A stretch of DNA of 38,398 nucleotides from Candidatus Buchananbacteria bacterium RIFCSPHIGHO2_02_FULL_56_16 (GCA_001817495.1 MHIL01000028.1:1302-39699), one strand, 5' to 3'; positions 18,801-29,562 are shown, numbered from the stretch's first letter. Program-made: numbers and translations. Notes: generated from the sequence alone by a model not told the origin.

Positions 18801-19148
18801 ATGCCAAGAGTCAAACGAGGAAAAACCCACGTTGCCAAACGCAAGCGGCTGTTCAAGCAAGCCAAGGGCTTCCGCTGGGGCCGTAAGAACGTCATCCGTC
18901 TGGCCAAGACGGCCGTCATCAAAGCCGGCGTCCACGCCTATCGCGGCCGCAAGGGCAAGAAGCGAACCAACCGCGCCTTGTGGCAAATCCGCATCAACGC
19001 CGCAGTCCGGCCGCACGGCTTGAGCTATTCGAAGTTCATCAACCTGCTCAAGGTCAAAAAAATCGAGCTCGACCGCAAGGTCCTCTCCGAGTTAGCCGCC
19101 AAGCACCCGAAGGTGTTTGACGCGATTGTCAAAGAGGTCAAAAAATAA
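18801..19148 (+). CDS. rplT: 50S ribosomal protein L20
   Basis: MPRVKRG, RALWQIRINAA, LDRKVLSELA. Confidence 0.97.
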   Translation: MPRVKRGKTHVAKRKRLFKQAKGFRWGRKNVIRLAKTAVIKAGVHAYRGRKGKKRTNRALWQIRINAAVRPHGLSYSKFINLLKVKKIELDRKVLSELAAKHPKVFDAIVKEVKK

Positions 19149-19199
19149 TTTTTTTGGAATAGTAAAAAAATCAGAGCGGGGGCGTAGCTCAGCTGGTTA

Positions 19200-19313
19200 C
19201 CCCGCACCAAATCCGTAAAAAGCTTCAACAGGTTTTAATGGTTAACCGATACGGAGTCGATTTCGGCTTACTACTCTAAATCTAGGTTTTTTATTGATTT
19301 GGTGCGGGGCAGG
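19200..19313. mobile_element. MITE/REP-like insert with 14-bp terminal inverted repeats
   Basis: ccccgcaccaaatc (19200-19213) / gatttggtgcgggg (19296-19309) plus a 4-nt tail cagg; interrupts the tRNA D arm. Confidence 0.75.
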
Positions 19314-19356
19314 GAGCGTACATAACGCTTTGAAAATCTAGCAACAAAATCACAGC

Positions 19357-19430
19357 GGGGGCGTAGCTCAGTTGGTTAGAGCGTCTGCCTGTCACGCAGA
19401 AGGTCGTGGGTTCGAGCCCCATCGTCCCCG
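19357..19430 (+). tRNA. tRNA-Asp(GTC), intact, no encoded CCA
   Basis: gggggcg/cgtcccc acceptor, tctgc-ctGTCac-gcaga anticodon arm, TTCGA, G73. Confidence 0.93.
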
Positions 19431-19832
19431 CTGTGATTTTGTCGTGAAGCCCTTGCAGAGGCTGCGGGTTACCGCCAGAGGCGGACCCCGTCGAATGACC
19501 GAGCAAGTCCCGTCGGCTCCGTTTAGCACCTAATCAATTCCCACATCACACAAAAGCCTGGGGTTCGTCCGGTCATCCGACCGGACGCCCCGTCGAATGA
19601 CGGGGCGAGCCCCATCGTCCCCGCTGTGATTTTGTTGCTGAACGTCTGACTGCTTGCCCCGCACACCGACCCCGAGCCTGTCGAAAGGAAGGTGCTGCGG
19701 GGTCACGCAGATTTACCCTCCGAAACGTACGTGTAGGAGGGAGGTCGTGGGTTCTCCGCCACATTGTTTTAAGGGCGGACCCGCCTCTGGCGGGGAGCCC
19801 CATCGTCCCCGCCATTACAACAAAGCATCAAT

Positions 19833-19862
19833 AAAACCAGCCGCCTCAAAAGGGCGGTTTTG
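19833..19862 (+). terminator. Probable terminator after the tRNA-Asp locus
   Basis: gccgcc-tcaaaag-ggcggt stem followed by Ts. Confidence 0.55.
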
Positions 19863-19903
19863 TGATAGAATAAAAACAAGTGATATTATTGATATATTTA
19901 AAT

Positions 19904-21301
19904 ATGCCGGATACCACGTTACTAAAACCTTTCCCCGCGCCGATGCCGTTAAAAAAAATACTGGGCCCGAGCTTTATTATTCTGGCCCTTGGGCTTGGCT
20001 CTGGGGAAGTGATTCTCTGGCCGCTCTTAAGCGCCAACTACGGCCTGGGCATCGCCTGGGGCGCACTGCTGGGCATTACCTTTCAGTTCTTCATCAACAT
20101 GGAAATCGAACGCTATGCTCTGGTTAAGGGCGAGAGCGTGTTCGTCGGGGTTAACAAAATATTCCCCTGGGCGGCCTGGTGGTTTGTCGCCTCGACGTTT
20201 ATCGGTTTCGGCCTGCCGGGTATCGTGGCGGCCAGCGCCCATGTGTTCGCTTTCATACTGGGCATTGAAAATTTTAAATGGCTGGCCATACTGTTTTTGC
20301 TGATCATCGGCCTGATCTTGAGCGCCGGCAAAACCGTTTACGGCACGATGGAAAAAATTACCAAAACGATTATTGTTACCGGCATTCCTTTCATTATCGT
20401 ATTGGTGGCGCTGTTGAGCACCGGCGTTGACTGGGCGGCGCTGGGCTCGGGCTTGCTGGGTATCGGCGACGGCTACCATTTCTTGCCGGTCGGCATCTCA
20501 CTGGCAACTTTTCTGGCCGCTTTTGCCTACTCCGGCGCCGGCGGCAACCTGAACTTGACGCAATCTATTTACATTAAAGAAAAAGGCTACGGCATGGGGG
20601 CATATTCGCAAAAAATCGCCGGATTATTTAAGAACGTTTCCCAAAGACAAAAAGTAAAACTGGCCGGCGAGGACTTTGCATTGACGCCGGATAACATTAA
20701 AAATTTTAAAGCCTGGTGGAAGGTTGTCAACCTTGAACACCTGCTGGTATTTTGGCTTGTGGGGCTTGTTAGTATCGCCATGCTGATGGTACTCGCTCAC
20801 GCCACCACCTTTGGGCTGATTGGTAACGCCGAAGGGATTTCCTTCGTTATCAATGAGGGTGTTGCCATTGGTGAAAAGCTGTTTCCGGCGCTCGGCATGC
20901 TCTTCCTGCTGGTGGTCGCCGTCATGCTCTTTCAGACGCAGCTGGGCGTTTTGGATTCGACCTCGCGCATTATGGCGGAAAACGTCGCAATTAAAAAAAT
21001 CCACCAAAATAAAGAAATTAACCTGTCAAAAATTTATTTTTCTTTCGTCTGGGCGCAAATCGTTTTCGGCATCACTCTGTTTCTTTTTAACATTACCGAA
21101 CCAAAATTTTTAATCGTTCTGGGAGCGGTGATTAACGCCCTTACCATGTTTGTCCACATCGGCCTCGTCAACTGGACCAACTACAAGCTGCTGGCAAAAC
21201 CCTTTCAGCCACACCTGCTCCGACGATTGATACTGGCGGTGATCTTTGTATTCTTTGGCCTGTTTAGCACCATTACCGTCTGGGATTTGCTCTTTAAATA
21301 A
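19904..21301 (+). CDS. Nramp/APC-superfamily divalent-metal transporter-like protein
   Basis: GPSFIILALGLGSGEVILWP, EIERYAL..GES, many TM helices; lacks the canonical Nramp DPGN. Confidence 0.78.
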   Translation: MPDTTLLKPFPAPMPLKKILGPSFIILALGLGSGEVILWPLLSANYGLGIAWGALLGITFQFFINMEIERYALVKGESVFVGVNKIFPWAAWWFVASTFIGFGLPGIVAASAHVFAFILGIENFKWLAILFLLIIGLILSAGKTVYGTMEKITKTIIVTGIPFIIVLVALLSTGVDWAALGSGLLGIGDGYHFLPVGISLATFLAAFAYSGAGGNLNLTQSIYIKEKGYGMGAYSQKIAGLFKNVSQRQKVKLAGEDFALTPDNIKNFKAWWKVVNLEHLLVFWLVGLVSIAMLMVLAHATTFGLIGNAEGISFVINEGVAIGEKLFPALGMLFLLVVAVMLFQTQLGVLDSTSRIMAENVAIKKIHQNKEINLSKIYFSFVWAQIVFGITLFLFNITEPKFLIVLGAVINALTMFVHIGLVNWTNYKLLAKPFQPHLLRRLILAVIFVFFGLFSTITVWDLLFK

Positions 21302-21331
21302 AAAAATACGGGCAATTTTTTTCGTCTTTCA

Positions 21332-21360
21332 TTGACACCAAGCCGGCAGTATGATAGTAT
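21332..21360 (+). promoter_or_regulatory. Promoter of the cold-shock gene, followed by a ~155-nt structured leader
   Basis: TTGACA-17nt-(TGa)TAGTAT; hairpins in 21372-21435. Confidence 0.7.
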
Positions 21361-21520
21361 TAAGCTGCTCCTTGAGAAAGCCGGGTAACCGGCTTTTCCC
21401 GAGGTTCTGGAGCTTGCGGCATACCGTTGCCGTAAACGCTACAGAGTATAGTTGCTTTGGAAAGGTAGTCGAATTTCTAACTGCTATTGCAAACTAATTC
21501 ACGGTATTTCTACATCAAGT

Positions 21521-21721
21521 ATGCAAGGAATCATCAAGAAAATCTTGGCCGATAAAAAATGCGGTTTCATCAGCCAAGAAGGCGTTGAAAAAGACGTATT
21601 TTTCAGCGGCGCGAAACTCGACGGAATCAGCTTTGAGGACCTCAAAGAAGGCGATGCCGTCACGTTCGAAGTCGAAGCAGGCGATAGAGGGCCAGCAGCC
21701 GTTGGCGTGAAAAAAGCCTAA
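21521..21721 (+). CDS. Cold-shock domain protein
   Basis: GIIK..KCGFI..DVFF..LKEGDAVTFEVEAGDRGPAA. Confidence 0.93.
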   Translation: MQGIIKKILADKKCGFISQEGVEKDVFFSGAKLDGISFEDLKEGDAVTFEVEAGDRGPAAVGVKKA

Positions 21722-21771
21722 GCTATCCATGAAGCGCCGCTCATAAGATCGCCCGTTCGGCGATTTTTTGA

Positions 21772-21993
21772 GCGGCTGGTCAGACCGGAAACCTCATTGT
21801 TAAAAAGAATCGTATCAGAAAAGACAAGACAAATAAATTTATAACCGGCGAACCAAGATACTGCCAGGGTTGCGGGAAAGAATCCCACGGGCTGGTTGAG
21901 GTTACTCAAAATGCCCAAAAAATCAACCAGCTGCACTACTGCGCGGACTGCGCAGAGCGTTACAAAATAAAGACCCGGGCATCAACGCTATAA
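21772..21993 (+). CDS. Small CxxC-x22-CxxC zinc-finger ORF without a canonical start codon
   Basis: Stop-to-stop frame contains YCQGCGKESHGLVEVTQNAQKINQLHYCADCAERY; candidate ATT start at 21796. Confidence 0.55.
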   Translation, partial: AAGQTGNLIVKKNRIRKDKTNKFITGEPRYCQGCGKESHGLVEVTQNAQKINQLHYCADCAERYKIKTRASTL

Positions 21994-22092
21994 CGTAATG
22001 CTGCTTACAAGGTCATCAAGAAGCAACCAGCTCAACGTTGCATACGCTATCTGATTTGTAGCCTCAACCATCAGTTCAAGCTAAACTAGAAC

Positions 22093-22118
22093 GTGCCCGC
22101 AGATCGCGGGCGTTTTTT
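22093..22118 (+). terminator. Intrinsic terminator
   Basis: gcccgc-agatc-gcgggc followed by gT7. Confidence 0.7.
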
Positions 22119-22198
22119 TAAAAAAGAAGCCATCGGCAAAAAACCGTTGGCTTCACACTTTTCTACAAAGAACTGATGGGCCGCGCTCGCTGATCGGT

Positions 22199-22813
22199 TT
22201 AACGACGGCCGAGAACGAGCCCCAGCGTTTGCCGCAGTATCCAGAGCGCGATCGCCATTGAGAGCAGCGAGTCAACGACCCACCACTTAGTCAAGGCAAT
22301 CACGATGCCGCCCGCGATCACCGCGACGCTCTGCATCAGGTCCGACAGCAGGTGGAGCGAGAGCGCCCGGTGAATGCCGTGCTCCGCCGTGCCCGGCAGC
22401 CGCTCCAGGATTCGCAGCTGGATCCAGTTACCGATGCCGCCGAGCACGGATGCAACAATCATCACCGGGCCGATAATCGGCTGGGGCGCGCCGAAACGCA
22501 GGCAGGCATGGATAAAAATCCAGACCGGCAGTACCACCAAAAGGGCTACGTTGAGGCAGAAGCCGACCTTCCGAGTCAAGTCCGCCGGGTAGCCCCGCCG
22601 AACGAGCACGGCCACTGCGAGCGTGATGACGATGGCCAAGTTGTCCAGAAAGACGTGGACGGTGTCAGCGTACAGGGCGAGGCTGTTCGACCAGTACGCC
22701 CCGGCCAGCTCGATAATGAAAATGGCGGCGGTGATGCCTAAAACGTGGATGAGCCGTCTGGTTTCGCACCAGCATTGGCCGGGGTCGGTACAACTCGGGA
22801 AGTGCCCGTTCAT
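22199..22813 (-). CDS. Cation diffusion facilitator (CzcD/ZitB-like), no C-terminal domain
   Basis: SLALYADTVHVFLD and LHLLSD (HxxxD) sites; ggaggg RBS. Confidence 0.85.
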   Translation of the reverse strand: MNGHFPSCTDPGQCWCETRRLIHVLGITAAIFIIELAGAYWSNSLALYADTVHVFLDNLAIVITLAVAVLVRRGYPADLTRKVGFCLNVALLVVLPVWIFIHACLRFGAPQPIIGPVMIVASVLGGIGNWIQLRILERLPGTAEHGIHRALSLHLLSDLMQSVAVIAGGIVIALTKWWVVDSLLSMAIALWILRQTLGLVLGRR

Positions 22814-23075
22814 CGTTTCTACCCTCCGATATGCGTATGAGCAGTGGTTAAAGAACCAACGAACTAGTGCTATTATGTAACTCCCGACAGCGGAAAAAGT
22901 CAATCCCGCCTTCGGAAACCGGAAGCACATACTATAAAAAACTCGCCGCGGGCAGACTGCCGCGGCGAGGTAAAGTAACGTTATTCAATGAGAAGCGACC
23001 TGCTACCTAGCGGAAGGGTTCGGGTAAAGGTAAAAAAAGGGGCGCTCACCACTAGGGTAAGGCCCTCAACAAAGA

Positions 23076-23522
23076 TCAATCAATTCTCTCACAGGTGATT
23101 GCCGGCAGCGCGCCCGCTGGCTGGTACTCGTGAATCGTCGCGAAAATCAGAATGACTTTCAGGCCCGGCTTCTGCCGCTTGAGCTCCGCGGCGGCGGCTC
23201 GCAACGACGCGATAATCGTCGCCTTTTCTTGGGCTGGACCCATCAGCCCGTGTTTGAGCTTAAAGCCACCGCAGCCGCTGTGGCCGGCCAGCACCACCGT
23301 GTGAACCTGGTGGACTTTCTCGGAAACTTCATCCAGCAGCCACTGAAAGGTATCGGCGTGCGATGACTCGTGCGGGTCTTCCAGCCACAGCGACGGCCCA
23401 GCGTAACTCAACTGCTCCCAACTTCCCGGCTGGAAACCAGCAGCCCAGGCAATCGCCTCGGCGTTAGTGCCCTGCAGCCGGGGATCCATACAGTTCACCA
23501 ACAGTGCGGGATACGTTGACAT
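23076..23522 (-). CDS. Putative beta-class carbonic anhydrase-like protein
   Basis: CMDPR and HSGCG zinc-ligand pattern (CxDxR..HxxC); aaggagg RBS. Confidence 0.7.
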   Translation of the reverse strand: MSTYPALLVNCMDPRLQGTNAEAIAWAAGFQPGSWEQLSYAGPSLWLEDPHESSHADTFQWLLDEVSEKVHQVHTVVLAGHSGCGGFKLKHGLMGPAQEKATIIASLRAAAAELKRQKPGLKVILIFATIHEYQPAGALPAITCERID

Positions 23523-23620
23523 AGGTTTGAATTACCTCCTTGGAAAAGTAATCGTAGCTAAAAGAACGATTAGGTCAGGCTAGCACAACAATGCATTACT
23601 GTCAATCCGGCGAACTTTTT

Positions 23621-23688
23621 AGCTTGTAGCTTCTTAGCTTTTTAGCCGCTACGTTCTGCCGACCTAAAAAGCTGAAAAGCTACAAGCT
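23621..23688. repeat. Periodic hairpin, family C, after atpC
   Basis: agcttgtagcttcttagctttttag / ctaaaaagctgaaaagctacaagct. Confidence 0.8.
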
Positions 23689-23695
23689 GACTTGC

Positions 23696-24142
23696 CTATG
23701 CTTCAGGCCGCGGCAGGTGACCAGCCTTGCGCTTCCGCGCCACCCGCAGCCGGGCAAGTTCTTTTTCCATCTTAGCGACCAGCGTGGCGTAGGCTACGTC
23801 GTCGCGGCTGCGCACCTCGGCCAGCAGCTGTTTGGCACGCTCACGGGCGCTTTCCGCCCGGGCTTCATCAATCTCTTCGACTCGTTCGGCGGTGTCGGCC
23901 AGTATGACCACAGTGTTGCCGCTCACCTCGATAAACCCGCCGGACACGGCCATGGCAGCCATCTCACTGCCCTTTTCGTCGCGCGCCGACAGCTCACCCG
24001 GCGTCAGGAGCGACACCAGCGGGATGTGGTGGGGCAGGACCGTAATCTGGCCCTGCCGGGTCGGCACCGTCACGCTCGAGACGGCCTGCTCAACGACCAC
24101 CCGCTCGGGCGTCACGATTTTTAAACGCAGCTGGCTCGACAT
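23696..24142 (-). CDS. atpC: ATP synthase epsilon subunit
   Basis: IVTPER, VLPHHIPL, VSGGFIEV, ILADTAE. Confidence 0.95.
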   Translation of the reverse strand: MSSQLRLKIVTPERVVVEQAVSSVTVPTRQGQITVLPHHIPLVSLLTPGELSARDEKGSEMAAMAVSGGFIEVSGNTVVILADTAERVEEIDEARAESARERAKQLLAEVRSRDDVAYATLVAKMEKELARLRVARKRKAGHLPRPEA

Positions 24143-24308
24143 ACCCGGTAGTAGTCCCTCACCTTTTTAGTTTAAAACCGAAAGGTAAAGGGAGTTTATC
24201 ACGTCGTTCGCGTAACGACGTGATTTAGTAATTTATTATTGAAGAGTCTGCCAAGTAGTAATTCCTTCTAAACTGTTCCTACGGGGTGAGGGATCACTAC
24301 CGGGCATA
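24141..24308. mobile_element. MITE-like element with 23-bp imperfect terminal inverted repeats
   Basis: atacccggtagtagtccctcacc / ggtgagggatcactaccgggcat (3 mismatches); inner hairpin atcacgtcgtt-cgcgt-aacgacgtgat. Confidence 0.7.
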
Positions 24309-24314
24309 CGTAGC

Positions 24315-26646
<2,332 letters not shown>

Positions 26647-26649
26647 AGG

Positions 26650-28179
26650 TTACGCCGCCAGCTGTTCGCTTTTTACCAGGTAATCCACCGTCTGCTTGTA
26701 GCTGGCAATCAGGGCAATGAGCTCGCGCTCGCCGTCGGCGTCGAGGTCTTTTCGGGCGGCGATGTTGCTCAGGGTCCGCTGACCCTGGGTCGCGGCGTAC
26801 TCGGCCAGGTCGGCCAAAAACGGCTGGACTTTTTCCGTCGGTACGTCGTCGAGGTGGCCGTTGACCGCCGCGTAGAGCATCAGGACCTGGATGGTAACCG
26901 GCACCGGCTCGTACTGGCCCTGCTTGAGGACTTCCGTCAGGCGGGCGCCGCGGTGGATCTGCTTGCGGGTTGCCTCGTCGAGGTCACTGCCAAACTGGGC
27001 GAACGCCGCCAGCTCGCGGTACTGAGCCATCTCGAGCTTGAGCCGGCCGGCGACTTTTTTCATCGCCTTAATCTGGGCACTGCTGCCGACGCGGGATACC
27101 GACAAGCCGGTATTAATCGCCGGCCGGATACCCTGGTAAAACAGGTCGCTCTCCAGAAAAATCTGGCCGTCGGTAATCGAGATGACGTTGGTGGGAATGT
27201 AGGCGGAGATGTCGCCGGCCTGGGTTTCGATGATCGGCAACGCCGTCAGGCTGCCGCCGCCGTAGTTTTTGTTCAGCCGGGCGGCCCGCTCCAGGAGCCG
27301 CGAGTGGAGGTAGAAGATGTCGCCCGGGTAGGCTTCGCGGCCCGGCGGCCGGCGCAGCAGCAGCGCCACCTCGCGGTACGCCACCGCGTGCTTGGACAGG
27401 TCGTCGTAAACCACGAGCACGTCTTTACCTTGGTCCATAAAGTACTCCCCCATCGCGCAGCCGGCAAACGGGGCCAGGTACAGCAACGAGGCCGGGGCGG
27501 ACGCGCCGGCGGCGACCACGGTGGTATACTCCATCGCCCCTCGCGCCGTCAACTCCGCCACGATCCGCACCGTCTTTGATTCCTTCTGGCCGATCGCCAC
27601 GTAGATGCAGATGACGTCAGCGCCTTTTTGGTTGATGATCGTGTCAATCACCAGCGCCGTCTTGCCCGTCTGCCGGTCGCCGATGATCAGCTCACGCTGG
27701 CCCCGGCCGATCGGGATCATCGCGTCAATCGCTTTCACGCCGGTTTGGAGCGGCGTGTTAACTCCCTGGCGGGTGATGACCCGCGGCGCGATTTTTTCAA
27801 TCGGGTAAAATTTTTCGGTGCTGATGGTGCCCTTGCCGTCAACCGGAATGCCGAGTGGGTTTAGCACCCGGCCAATGATCTGTTCGCCGACCGGTACCTC
27901 GAGAATCCGGCCGGTGCTCTTGACCGTCGAGCCCTCGGCCACCGCCTGGTAGTCGCCCAAAATAATGGCGCCGATAAAATCTTCTTCGAGGTTCAGCGCC
28001 ACGCCGAATACGTTGTTGCCGAAATCGAGCATCTCGCCGGCCATGGCGTCGGCCAGACCGGAAATTTTCGCGATGCCGTCGCCGACCTCAAACACCGTTC
28101 CGACTTTCTCGACGGTGACGCTGCTCTGGTACTGCTTGAGCTGCTGGGTTAGTGATTCGATGATCTGTTGTTTGTGCAT
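26650..28179 (-). CDS. atpA: ATP synthase alpha subunit
   Basis: [25 protein letters not shown]. Confidence 0.98.
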   Translation of the reverse strand: MHKQQIIESLTQQLKQYQSSVTVEKVGTVFEVGDGIAKISGLADAMAGEMLDFGNNVFGVALNLEEDFIGAIILGDYQAVAEGSTVKSTGRILEVPVGEQIIGRVLNPLGIPVDGKGTISTEKFYPIEKIAPRVITRQGVNTPLQTGVKAIDAMIPIGRGQRELIIGDRQTGKTALVIDTIINQKGADVICIYVAIGQKESKTVRIVAELTARGAMEYTTVVAAGASAPASLLYLAPFAGCAMGEYFMDQGKDVLVVYDDLSKHAVAYREVALLLRRPPGREAYPGDIFYLHSRLLERAARLNKNYGGGSLTALPIIETQAGDISAYIPTNVISITDGQIFLESDLFYQGIRPAINTGLSVSRVGSSAQIKAMKKVAGRLKLEMAQYRELAAFAQFGSDLDEATRKQIHRGARLTEVLKQGQYEPVPVTIQVLMLYAAVNGHLDDVPTEKVQPFLADLAEYAATQGQRTLSNIAARKDLDADGERELIALIASYKQTVDYLVKSEQLAA

Positions 28180-28189
28180 AGACAGATTA

Positions 28190-28298
28190 AATTTTGAATT
28201 TCTAATTTTGAATTTCGAATCAATATTTAAATCTTTAATTTCGAATGTTTAAAACATTCAGTCATTCAAAATTGATTCAAAATTTGGAATTTAAAATT
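28190..28298. repeat. AT-rich 7-nt-periodic palindrome, family A
   Basis: aattttg aatttct aattttg aatttcg ... caaaatt tggaatt taaaatt. Confidence 0.9.
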
Positions 28299-28325
28299 AA
28301 AACATCCACGAGGTAAAAACATTGC

Positions 28326-28718
28326 TTAGGCCAGCTGGCGAAGCTGGCGCAGACGGGCTTCGATGCTGCCGTCAATCACCGTGTCGCCGTACCGCAGCCG
28401 CAGGCCGCCGATCAGAAGCGGCGAAACCAGCTGGGTCAGTTCAATCTTTTTATTGAGCGTGCTCGCCAGCTGCCCGGCGATCTCGGCTTGCTCCGTCGCC
28501 GATAAGGCGCTGGCAGTTTCAACGGTAACCGGCTCGATGCCTTCGGCCTCGTTGTAACAGGTAACGAAGTCGGCGATAATCTTCTCGGCCTTGCTCACGA
28601 TGTGCAGCTCGTGCAGCAGCCGGACAAAGTTTTCAATCACCTGCTGCCGGGCGGCCGGAGCGCTGTCTTTAAGGGCATCGTAGAGCGCGCGGGCGATTTG
28701 CTTGGTCGTCAGCTTCAT
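28326..28718 (-). CDS. atpH: ATP synthase delta subunit (short)
   Basis: ARAL, LIGGLRLRYGDTVIDGS; operon position. Confidence 0.92.
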   Translation of the reverse strand: MKLTTKQIARALYDALKDSAPAARQQVIENFVRLLHELHIVSKAEKIIADFVTCYNEAEGIEPVTVETASALSATEQAEIAGQLASTLNKKIELTQLVSPLLIGGLRLRYGDTVIDGSIEARLRQLRQLA

Positions 28719-29245
28719 ACCCGGGATACCCTGTCGGCACCCTTCGTCCGCGTAACCGTATCGAGCGCCTGTTGGGCCAGAGCACGGTCAATCGGCTTGG
28801 TCATCACGCCGGCTAATACTTTGCCGGCGGCCAGCGCCACCACCTCGGCCACTTCAGCTTTAACTTCAGCAACCATCTGCGTTTGCTCGCGGCGCAGCTG
28901 CTGCTTGCCTTCGGTAATCACCTTCTCGACCTCCTGCCGCGCGGCGGCAACCGTTTTTTTCTGCTGCTCGACCGCGGTGACCTTCGCCGCCTCGATGATC
29001 TGGCGCGCCGACTGCTGGGCCTCGCGAATCACCGCCTGTTTTTCTTCTTCGGCCCGGCGCAAATGCTGCTTGACCGCCTCGGCATCCCGCAGGCTCTTTT
29101 CAATGGTCGCGGTTCGCTCGGCCATTACCTTGGTCAGCGGTTTTAACACAAAAAACCAAAGCACGCCGACCACGATGGCGAAGTTCACCAGCTGGGCGAT
29201 AATCAGCTTCCAATCAATGTGAAAGGTAGTAATGATTGATTCCAT
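28715..29245 (-). CDS. atpF: ATP synthase b subunit
   Basis: QLVNF TM followed by coiled coil. Confidence 0.93.
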   Translation of the reverse strand: MESIITTFHIDWKLIIAQLVNFAIVVGVLWFFVLKPLTKVMAERTATIEKSLRDAEAVKQHLRRAEEEKQAVIREAQQSARQIIEAAKVTAVEQQKKTVAAARQEVEKVITEGKQQLRREQTQMVAEVKAEVAEVVALAAGKVLAGVMTKPIDRALAQQALDTVTRTKGADRVSRV

Positions 29246-29315
29246 ACATCGTCGACCAAGGGGTACTAGTTTTTGGCGTCCCCACTTTCTTTAAAAAATG
29301 GAGACAGAAAAACTA

Positions 29316-29540
<225 letters not shown>

Positions 29541-29562
29541 TTATTTTAGTTAGTTCTATGAT

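Larger units (their letters stand above)
19178..19814 (+). pseudogene. Outer tRNA-Asp gene split into six pieces by five insertions
   Basis: Pieces 19178-19199, 19314-19319, 19646-19652, 19703-19711, 19742-19754, 19795-19814 join into a full tRNA-Asp(GTC) ending in CCA. Confidence 0.8.

Noticed and set aside
19178-19814. tRNA-derived repeats as a CRISPR array or group I/II intron
   Set aside because: Repeats are unequal tRNA fragments with no regular spacers or cas genes; inserts are too short and lack ribozyme cores
19573-20127. ORFs 19573-19815(-), 19654-20127(+) and 19291-19506(-)
   Set aside because: They are translations of tRNA fragments and palindromes, or overlap the transporter gene
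21721-21771. UGA recoding (genetic code 25) to give the zinc-finger ORF a start
   Set aside because: Several well-supported genes here end in TGA (e.g. 13438-14163, 23076-23522, atpF) and long genes have no internal TGA
21718-21936. 72-aa minus-strand ORF
   Set aside because: No recognisable motif; the opposite strand has the more convincing zinc-finger frame
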